DNA of 40,790 nucleotides from Thraustochytrium aureum (Eukaryota): NCBI GenBank assembly GCA_012862495.1, contig BLSG01000005.1, positions 34,895 to 75,684 of the forward strand, read 5' to 3'. Shown piece by piece: positions 31,441 to 40,790 of this stretch (position 1 is its first letter; each line of letters starts with the position of its first letter). The notes under the pieces were generated by a model. It saw only the letters and a program-made list of their open reading frames with translations, ran no database searches and was not told where the DNA came from. The position numbers and the translations under genes were made by a program.

Positions 31441-32310
31441 TCAAGGCTTTGCCTCTTCGCGCATTGTGCAAAAGCTGCGCAGATCCTTGGCCCATGTTTC
31501 GATCTGGTCAAGCCCGGCCTCGTCAACCCCATCGACCTTGCGCCGACGGAGAGCGACACTCACGTGGCCGGCCTCGTTCGGCCGAACCACCAGCCCAATG
31601 CCTGCATTGCCTGTGGCAATCGGCACGTACAACGCGTCGTTGCGAATCGCGTCCATGGGACCGACCTTGAGATATTCGCGCAAGCATGTGCCGGGCAAGC
31701 ATCCAACGAGGACTTCGTCGCCATTTTCCGTGTTTTCTGGGAGTAAGAGGCACTCAAAGCGCACCTGCTCGCCCATGAAAGCTGTCCGCCGAATTACCTT
31801 GACAAGAGGCTCGCCCGTGCCCGGGCTTGGGAAGCGTACACTGACGCGCAAATCTCGCGGCGCAACAGGTCCGTCCAGAGTAAGGGCGCCTTCGAGAGCA
31901 AGGCACGCCCCAGGTCCGAGTTCGGCGTCCAAGACGGACGCGAACCCCTCAGCCACGAGCCCGTCAGCAGCGTTGCCGTCAAGCTCAAGATCCGCGCACA
32001 AGCCAGCGATCGGCAGCATGCTCGAATTCCGTAGCAGGGCTTTGGCGCGAATACCGCTGTTGCCGGCCTCGGGAGCAAGCACGTCGACCGTCACGGCGAC
32101 GCTGCGCAGCACAAAGTCCTCCATGATCGCGTTCATGCTGTTCATCATACTCACGCTCGAAGCGAGCGACGAGCCCATCTTTTGCACGGCCGCCCCAAGC
32201 GAGCTCTCCATGGCCTTCACGCAGCTCTGCAGCGCCTCAATCTGGCTGCCAACGCGCCCGCCCTCCTCGGCGCCGGCACTGGCCTCCGCCGCGCCAGTCT
32301 CCGCGGCCAT
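31441..32310 (-). CDS. Hypothetical protein (289 aa): N-terminal helix or coiled coil followed by a beta-rich region
   Basis: Coding-like codon usage from ATG 32310 (MAAETG); the upstream ORF extension to 32790 looks non-coding. Confidence 0.65.
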   Translation of the reverse strand: MAAETGAAEASAGAEEGGRVGSQIEALQSCVKAMESSLGAAVQKMGSSLASSVSMMNSMNAIMEDFVLRSVAVTVDVLAPEAGNSGIRAKALLRNSSMLPIAGLCADLELDGNAADGLVAEGFASVLDAELGPGACLALEGALTLDGPVAPRDLRVSVRFPSPGTGEPLVKVIRRTAFMGEQVRFECLLLPENTENGDEVLVGCLPGTCLREYLKVGPMDAIRNDALYVPIATGNAGIGLVVRPNEAGHVSVALRRRKVDGVDEAGLDQIETWAKDLRSFCTMREEAKP

Positions 32311-34065
32311 CTCGATCGTCCGCTGCGAGGGATCCTGCTGGAGAGCGAGCGAAGTGGAGTGTGCTGCAGCAAGCCCCCGAGACCGGGAGCCGCGAGCCGC
32401 GTCGCGAGCGAGTCCCGTGAGACGCCTGCGCCGCTCGCTGGGCTGTGGTCTGGGCGGGGACTTTACTGTTCTTTTGATTGATTTCAATCGTCGCTGCCCA
32501 ATGAGAAAAGAATTGTTCGTCCGATTCCCAAAGTCGAGCACTCCGAGTACTCGGAGAAGCGTCGTAAGTAGGTACAGTTGAGGTACTCCTCCATGAAGTT
32601 GAGGAGAGTCACGGTAGGCCGGTACTCCATACCGATAGTCGATCGGCCTCTTTGCTTGGCGGCGCTCGCGGGCTGCAGTTGCCGCGGACGCGGCGTGGAT
32701 CGGGAGGAGGGCTCTTCGCATGCGGCATGCGACCTGGTCGGTGGTGCTCTCGGCAGTCTCATGCTCCATATTGATCAAGATGGTTGTCATGCTGGTTCTC
32801 TAACGAGTACCTTACTCCCAACCTACTCTACTAGATCACTTTTGACGCCCAGTTCTGTGAGGCGGTCGCCTCGATTGTCCAACGAGCATTCCCACTCCAC
32901 GCGTGCCAGATCAGGCGCAGATCTGCGCCGCGCCATTTCTCGTTGTGCCCGAGTGAATGGCAGGCTTGAATCCTCCTTGGCAGAGTACTTGTAAGTACAC
33001 GCCACGTGTTTCTGATTGCCCTGCGATCGCTTTGTTTATCGGGCCAAAACGGCGCCCAAGCCAGCCGCATTACGCAACTTTGATGTCAGAGGCGTTGGCT
33101 CACGCGACCAAGCCAGGTGGCCATGAGGGCGACCTAGGAGGGCAGGAGTGCATGTGAATAGGGCCTACACAAGGAGGACCGACTTGCCTCTCTGTACGAG
33201 CAATACAAATCCAAAGTGTATGGAAAGGAAATCCCTTTTCTGGGGCGACTGGCCTGATCAGACGTCGCGTGCTCGTGCTCCGTTGTCAGGGCTACCCTTT
33301 CAGGTACATTGAAGGCGAACGTCGTCGTTATTGCAAAGTTGCCCGTCCTCAGCCTGAGGAGTGACTTTTGATGAGAACCGGGGAGGGGGGAGGTGGGGTG
33401 GGAAACTTCCTTTCCAGCAAAATCACTCTCGGTGCGAGGCAGGCTTGTGCTTTTCCTTTCAACCCAAGTTTCTGTGCTTGCGAAAGGATGCAGTGAATTG
33501 CTTGCAAGGGTCAACGTGGTGTGCACAAAACGTGCTTCTCAAACAAAAGCACATGTGCCCTTTTGTACCCTTTTCGTGAGGAAACGAATGCTGCATGACC
33601 CTTTCGCGTTCTTTAAAAAAAATTCCAAAACGCTTCAGCACAACATGGGGAAGTACTGCACGCAGGCACGCTGGCAGACTGGCAGACTGGCATGCAGGCG
33701 CACGACGCAGGCGCTCACTCGACACAGTACGCAGCGCTCAACGCATTACTCAGTCAGCCAGTCAGCCAGTCAGCCAGTCAGGCAGGCACGCAGTATACGT
33801 CCTTGCTCTGCCTCTGTCATGTCGAGCAGCAAGCACTTGCAAAGAGCACCGGCAGAGTGGATAGCCATCTGCGAAAGTGAGTGCTGGAAGTCTGGAGGCT
33901 CACACATAGGCAACGGGTGCTGGATCTGCTCGACCAGTGAGCGAAGGCCAGCAGACTCCGTTTGACGCGAGTCAACGAAGACACGGGGTGGATTGGCCGG
34001 CAAGGAGTGCATCGAAGGAGCACGTATACGAGTGTCTTCGCCCGTCGCGGGAGCAAGGTGGGGCG

Positions 34066-37000
34066 ATGGGACGATGCGTTGTGCAGGCCATCTTTGTGGT
34101 CCTGGCTGGCCTGTTGTCCGCTGCGCTGGGCGCGTTTGACCTTGCGAAGATTGGCCCGTTCAAGGGAAGCATAACCGGGGAGTCGCTGGTGTTGATGTCT
34201 GGGGATGTCGTTGTTGTGGCGCTGATCAACAGGAGGTTGCCCGATGGGGAGTACGGCCAAGTGACCGTGTTCAGACGCAACGCGCTGAATGACTATGTGC
34301 AGGAGGCCGTCCTGCGTCCGCCCACCAACGCGGCGAGCTTTCCTTTATTTGTTTCCGTCAGCGGCCCTACCATCGCCGTCGGAGTCAGATTTCCAGGTTT
34401 CCTTCCACAGGATCCCCATGCAGATTACATATACGTTTACGACAAGAAGGCCGGGTCCGGCTGGACCAATGGCGCGAGAGTGGTGAGAGTGGGGTCACTC
34501 AACAGCTTCCAATTGAAGGGCACCATGTTGATTTTCAGCAAATACGAGGCTAGCGAAATTGCTGGGCCCAGGAAACTGTCGGTGTACGAGAGAGCAGACA
34601 CGAATCGATGGACTCAGACTGCCACCTTGGATCCCAGACTTCCATCGACGGGGTTGACATCTATCAACCACGTCCAGATACATGAGAATGTCGTCTCCAC
34701 AAGCTTCGGGATCATTTCAGGCTACGACTTCTACTCTGGCGTGCGGATTTTCAAGCGGAGCTCAAGTGGGACTTGGGACCTCGTCCCCATTCCTTTGGAA
34801 GACTTCGTCGCCAAAGACGTTCCTCTAGTCTGGCCCCCAGGCACTCTTCTCGCGCGACTCGGTGTTTTTTCAAAAGGCAACCTGGTCAATCTTGATGTAC
34901 CTCTCGCGCTGAGAGAATTGAGCAGCGGCGTCCAAGGCATCGAATACCGAGTAACCGTGTTTTCACTCTTGGAGGACAACACGTGGAGCAAGCCGTTTAA
35001 GTTTGACGCGGTCCCAACCCCAGTCAGCTCCGAAGAAACCAGCGCAGACGAAGAGGTGCACTGGGTCGACATTCAGGGTGATTTTCTTATCGTGGGCGAA
35101 CCGTTCAACTCAGATCGCGCCGACAAAGGAGGCGCCGTCCGCATCTACCAGAGCTTTGGCGCGGATGCAGGTGACCCCTGGGCGCTCGTCAATACCGTTT
35201 ACGCCGTCGACGTCGAGCCTGGTCTTATGTTTGGTCGCCGCGTTGCCACTGACGAGCAGAATTTCGTCATTGCTGCTATAAACGAGACCAAAGGCGAGTG
35301 GAGCATGTACGTATTTACATACGAGCCCGACGCGCCGGTGCTTGCTTATCCGCGCGAGCACCGCATCGAGGGCCGCATTATTGCAAATTTTAAGGACGCC
35401 TCAACCGACTCGCGCGAGTACTGTAGGCGTGCTTGTGTTCTCAACCAAGACTGCGCTGCGTACGTAACGGTGGACGGCAAGTGCCGAGCTCTTGTTGCCG
35501 CTTTGACACCCGGCCAGCCCGGCGTGAGCAGGACGTGGGACGAAGAGGGTGTGGTCGAGGTTTTTGCTCTTGCAGGCACCACGCCGACGGGCGGCACCGA
35601 TCTCACGACGGAAGGCATCTTCGATTGCCGGAAGTCGCCGTGCGACCCGGCGAGTAGCGCCCCCAGCTCGTGCGAGCTGTTCGGCGAATGCGTTTGCACA
35701 GCACCGGACAAGGTGGGACGCCAATGCAACGAACCCGCGGTCGGGTCATGTGACGTCGCGCTCATTTCGAGCCTCGCGCGCGAGCTCGCGGAAGGCGGTG
35801 CCTGCCCCTGCGGAACCAAGCGCAACGAAACGTTTGCACCTTTCGGCGGCGCGGGGCAACTCGTCGCTTGCGAGTTCAATCCGCTCGTGAACATCCAGAC
35901 CGAAACTGCCGTCAAGGTCGCAGCATGCGCCGCTTCGCGCGCGACGACCGCCGGCTTCCGGCCAGGCGCCAAGACGACGTTTCGCAGCATGGGCATCGCA
36001 ACCGCGTGCGTGCTGCGCTCAGGGGCGTTTACGCGCTTTCAAGTGGGCAGTGCCAGCGCTTGTGAGGCGCGCGCCAGTGCGATGGCGGCTGCCGGATTCG
36101 AGTACACTGGGCGACCAGGAGCAGACAAGATAGACTGCTTGGTAGCCCCGCCGGCTGCAGCGCTCTCTGTTGCCATGGTCACCAGCGAGCCGTGGCGCTC
36201 CTGCACGCTCAACCATGGCAAGCGCATGAACAACCCTGGTCTGAGCCCGATTGGAACCAGCCAGCTCCCCGTGGACCCTGCCAAGCACGTTGAAGAGTGT
36301 CTCACGGGCCGCGGTCTCGTGTCCGGGAGCCTTGAGGACCTTCAGAGCCGCCTCCAAGTCGTGGACGGCATCCTCGCAAACCCAACCCTGTTTTCGGCGA
36401 CGAGCTCAACACGCCGCGCACTGCGCTGGCAGAGCCGCTTCGTGGACGAGATCTCCGTCCCTGAGTCGTTTCTTTGCCAGATCCCGTGCCCGTGTGGGAA
36501 AACCGCGGTGAATGAGCTGGACAGTGCCTGCAGTGGGCAGCTCTTCGACGACACTTCGTCAATGGCTCACGCTCGTACGTTGGCAGCCTGCGCACTGCGC
36601 GACGGCTGGAACGCGACCGCGGACCCGATCGCGCTGGCACACTTGCTGTCCAGCGCCAACTGCGCTCTCGTATACTACGCGTCCAGCACGGCCCCAGACG
36701 GAGATGGAAAATGCGCTCGACGAAGTGGCGGCCATGATCGACCTTGCCGCGGCGACAACGCCGGCGAGCATGCAGCCGTTCCTGTCCAAGTGGCACGCCG
36801 ACCGGGCAGCCGCCCAAGTCAACGTGGGCCGTGAGCCTCCCGTCACAGTCCCTGCGAAGCTTGACCTGGACTTTAGCAAAGTGTACATCAAAAGCGTGAT
36901 CCTGAAGGATTTGGTGCTGGGAGCGGAGCAGAGCCTCCGGTCGAAATCTGTTGCTGCGGACCTCTTTGCGGGAATCGATTTTGCGCTCGCAGAACTGTCT

Positions 37001-39903
37001 GAGGCGGCCAACCCGACGCCGACCTCCATCGCCAACGCCGTAGAGATACTCAAGTCTGCGACGGTCGAACTCAAGTCTGCGGCGAGCGAGTTCAAGCGCA
37101 CAAGCGGCGCGCTGATGGCGGCGCTCCGGCCCTTCATTCAAGAGTTTGTAGATGTGACTGACCAAGATGGTGAGGTGGACCGCGCCGGCCTCGCTTTCGC
37201 GCAGGTCCAAGCGGGCTTGGACCTCGTGGCCTTCTCGGTGGAGGCGACCACGGGCCTAGTGTCTGGTTGGCTCCTCGACGGCGCCGCACCAAGCCCGGTC
37301 GTCCCGTTCCCGGTCTCGCCCTCGCCCGACCAACTTGAGGCCGTCGCGGTGGTGTTTGCTCATCTCGGCGCAAGTGACATCGTGGCTGCGATCGGTTCGT
37401 ACCTCGTGGCGCGAGACACGTTGCACGACTACGAGTCGCGCGGCAGAGGCATCTCTGAGCTTGGCGCAAACTACGAGCTGCTCACCTCGACGACGCTCGA
37501 CGCCGTCGCAGCGCGGTCGCTCAGCGGCGTTGCCTACATCCTCCAGTCGGCGGCCGCAGCCATCTCGGGCCGCAACACGGACGCCAACCGGCTTGACGCG
37601 GCGCGGGCCTTGCTCAAACCGACGCTCGGCCTCGGCTGGGATGCGTTGCAGTTGCTGGGCTCGAGCGTGCTCACCACGGACAACGAGGTGTGCCTCGTTC
37701 CTGGCGCCATTGTGGAGAGGCGGCTCGGCGCGGGCGAAAGAGACCCGGCACGGCGCTTGGCAGAGCGGTCTGCACGCACAGGCCCCAACATGCCGCTTCG
37801 CCGCGCCTTGTCGAACAAGAACCTCACCAATGTGATCGGGCCATGCGTCCCGGCGCTCGAGTCGCTCCAGCGCGCCTCGGCAGCCGGCATCAGCTTGAAC
37901 GGAGCGCTGGTCCGCGCCGCGGAGGCAATCGAGGCCCGCGAGTTCGCGCCGCTCCCGCTATCCCCCGGTTGGGAGGCGCTCCTCGATCAGCAAGGCAACC
38001 ACGTTCATCTTGCCGGCGACGCGCTCCTCCGCAGCACGCTGTTTGGCGCGCAGCTCTCCATCATGCGGGTGGCCCAGCGCATGTGCCAAGTGTTCCGATT
38101 CGCTTTCCCGAACGCCTCGCTCGCGGGTGTGCCTGGGTTCGACCCGGACTCTTGCGCGAGACTGCCGCAAGGAGGCCTGGGCCTCGTCGCTGACGAGGAC
38201 CGGTCTGCGTCCGAGGTCGCCAACGTTGTGCGCATTTCGGGGAGCTCGAACGTCGCAGTCTGCTCTCTGGAGGCCAAGGACGTGTTCGGCAGCCAGGTTC
38301 GCGTCTACTCTGCGTTTCAGACCTTCGCGTGGCCTCAGGCGTGGAAGGCCGTCGACAAGTTGAAGCAGACCTGTGCTGAAGTCCGTTCGTTTGACGCTTG
38401 GGAGGCCACGCTCGAGCTTGTCGACGTGTCGTTCCTGAGCGAGCTCCGCATCGCGCTGCAGCACGACACGCAGAGCGTGGACGTCAGCGTGAACGGGGTC
38501 TCCGTGGGCACGGTCTCGAGATGCGCGGTGGTCGATTGCGTGATACAGCTCAACCCTGAGCTTCTCGAGGTGGACGCGCCAGAGCAACTGTCCGCTGGGA
38601 AGGCATTGGAGCGGCTCACCACCTTTCTGGCGGAGGTCCGTGAGTCATGGGTGAACCCTCTCGCGTCGCGCCAAGTGGCGAGCGCGCGCAGTGGCGAGTG
38701 CAGCCTCGGCTCCCCGCGAGCTATGGAGGAGCTCGTCAATGGCTCTGCCATTCTCACCGACGTGGTTGCGAGCTCCTTCGCCGATCCAGGAGAATGTCTC
38801 TGGCTTTCGGAGCTCTCGAGTGTCCAGATCGTGCTGCGCGACGAGGCCGGGCGAGTGCTGCCGCGGTCTGGCAACTCGGTGGAGCTCGAACTTGGCGCAG
38901 ACAGCTCGCCGACCTTTTTCCGTTTCGCTGAAGGCGCCTTGAACGGCGAGGACACTGTGGTCGAGACTGCCTTCACTGTCGAGTCCGGTGACGCGTTTCG
39001 CTTCACCTTCGAGTATGGGCCTGTGAGCGCCGATAGCGAATGTAGCGCGGGCGACCGCGTCAGTGTTGACGGCACGACAGTCTGCGCAAAGAAGCAAACT
39101 CGTCTGGACCCCTCGGTGTCTGGCGTGCTGCCGTCGCCGTTCACTCGCTGGCGCCTCCGGCTCGTCTCGGCNNNNNNNNNNNNNNNNNNNNNNNNNNNNN
39201 NNNNNNNNNNNNNNNNNNNNNNNNNNNNNNNNNNNNNNNNNNNNNNNNNNNNNNNNNNNNNNNNNNNNNNNNNNNNNNNNNNNNNNNNNNNNNNNNNNNN
39301 NNNNNNNNNNNNNNNNNNNNNNNNNNNNNNNNNNNNNNNNNNNNNNNNNNNNNNNNNNNNNNNNNNNNNNNNNNNNNNNNNNNNNNNNNNNNNNNNNNNN
39401 NNNNNNNNNNNNNNNNNNNNNNNNNNNNNNNNNNNNNNNNNNNNNNNNNNNNNNNNNNNNNNNNNNNNNNNNNNNNNNNNNNNNCGAGGCTGCGCCCGCT
39501 TCGGTTCACTTTCGCTTCATTGGCTCGGCGACGCGTGCACGACAGTGGGACGGCCTGTGCGCTCGCAGGCGATCGTGCTGTGCTCTCTGACGCAGGTGGC
39601 GCCCCCGCCGCGCTCCTGTTCGGCCAGGTTTGTGGGGGCGCGGCTTTCACGGCCGAGGGCTACTCATTTGGCGCCTCGTTGGCGCCAACGCCGTCGCCAG
39701 GAGTGGGCGCGTCGAGCGGGGGTCGGGTCGAGGCGTGGGTGATCGGCGCGGCGGCCGGCGGCGGGGCGATCGCCCTCGCTGCCATAGTCGCGGCCGTCGT
39801 TCTTGTGAAACGCGCGCGCGGCCGCGCGGCAGGCGGCCAGCTGATCCCTGACGGCACCGGTTCTGTGTCCAGCGACAACCCGATCAAGGCATCGGCAGTC
39901 TAA
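34066..39903 (+). CDS. Very large type I membrane protein: signal peptide, FG-GAP-like propeller, PAN/apple, EGF-like, Cys-rich repeats, helical region, beta domain, TM helix; probable indels near 36693 and 39533; spans an N gap
   Basis: Signal peptide MGRCVVQAIFVVLAGLLSAALGA; LIVGEPFN...GGAVRIY and FGRRVAT (FG-GAP-like); CRRACVLNQDCAAY...C (PAN); CELFGECVC...VGRQC (EGF). The overlapping long ORFs 33937-36834 and 36512-39171 join if one C is added to the C run at 36692-36695. TM VIGAAAGGGAIALAAIVAAVVLV (39739-39807) is followed by KRAR; stop TAA at 39901-39903. Confidence 0.72.
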
Positions 39904-40436
39904 GTGGCCACTGCGCAGAACTCGAGTTGAGGGCAAAGCCGCGACCGGCTCGCGAGACGCGCTTTCGGGGTCAAGGCGTGCCCAAGGGGTGCATAGCCCG
40001 GCGTCAAGTGGCGCGATCGCCAGCACGTGCGCGGCTCGTCAGGGCCGCGACTCCTTGCGACGGCATCCGCATCGCGCGCGCATGCATCGTCCATCTTCAG
40101 GCTGCCTACCGGTACCCCGCCACCCTCGTGGGCAGGTGCATCGGCAGGAGCACCAGTGCCACCGTGGCGAGATGGCCAAGTAGTAAGTACTTCCACAAAA
40201 GACGAAAGAGTCAACGGTGTCCGCAGCAGAATCCCTGTCAATTCCGCCTCCACAATACTGCGCAATAGCTGGAGGGGCCAGCCCATCTCGATGGATCTCT
40301 AGCACAAGTTCCCGGAGCCCTGTCGCTGCCCTTCTCTACCTCGCCCGCGCGGGGCGGAGGTAGGCCGCGCCGCGCCGATTCGTGATCTGTTCTTGAAAAA
40401 CCAAACCAAAACGCCAAAAAACCCTTTGCACCTAAG

Positions 40437-40494
40437 TAACCTAACCTCTAGAGGTAACCTAACCTAGGTAACCTAACCTAACCTAACCTAACCC
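40437..40494. repeat. (AACCT)n telomere-like repeat cluster
   Basis: TAACCTAACC units repeated, with short CTAG/GGTAACC interruptions. Confidence 0.85.
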
Positions 40495-40790
40495 AACGCC
40501 CCTTCCGGCGCCTTACCAGACCCGGCGTCCCTCGCACCAGACCCCGTCCCCGCCGCATCATCCGGCATCCCCCGCCCACCCGACCCGGCGCGGTCCCCGC
40601 TCGCGCGGCTTCCCAGCGGCGCCTCGCACCGGACACGGCGCGCAGCCCTACCCTACCCTAGTTCCGGTTAGGGCGGTTCCGGTTAGGGTAGCCGAAGGGC
40701 GCGAGCGAGTGGGTGAGTGGGTGGGTGGGCGGTGGGTGGCGGGTGGTTACTAGCGCCGAGGAGGCGGGAAAAGAAAGAGGGGAAAGCAGG

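Noticed and set aside
36685..36720. Programmed ribosomal frameshift joining the two large ORFs
   Set aside because: No slippery heptamer is evident, the break sits in a C run, and similar indels occur in housekeeping genes of this window.

Overview
GC-rich, intron-poor eukaryotic DNA from a gapped, indel-prone draft assembly (N gaps at 3580-3659, 10864-11016, 14969-15344, 21085-21189, 22690-23045, 30068-30326, 39172-39484). Short GT-AG introns with CTAAC/CTGAC branch points, eukaryotic gene families and microsatellite-rich spacers suggest a protist, possibly a thraustochytrid-like stramenopile (inference only). Genes in order: 3' part of HIS6; membrane-anchored GpsA-type glycerol-3-phosphate dehydrogenase; Shewanella-like phosphatase with a signal peptide; DNA polymerase alpha catalytic subunit; AVL9/DENN-like protein with two WW domains; IMP dehydrogenase; SLC25 mitochondrial carrier; a protein resembling the neurobeachin/LRBA ARM region without a visible BEACH domain; a PH-domain protein; a TRPV-like ankyrin channel; a class V PLP aminotransferase; a hypothetical protein; and a very large type I membrane protein. 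The best candidate for something new is that membrane protein. It joins propeller, PAN and EGF modules to a helical region and a beta domain that, from recalled motifs only, resemble pore-forming toxins. Also notable is the apparent loss of all four CysB metal ligands in Pol alpha. No rRNA, tRNA, CRISPR array or intact mobile element was recognised.
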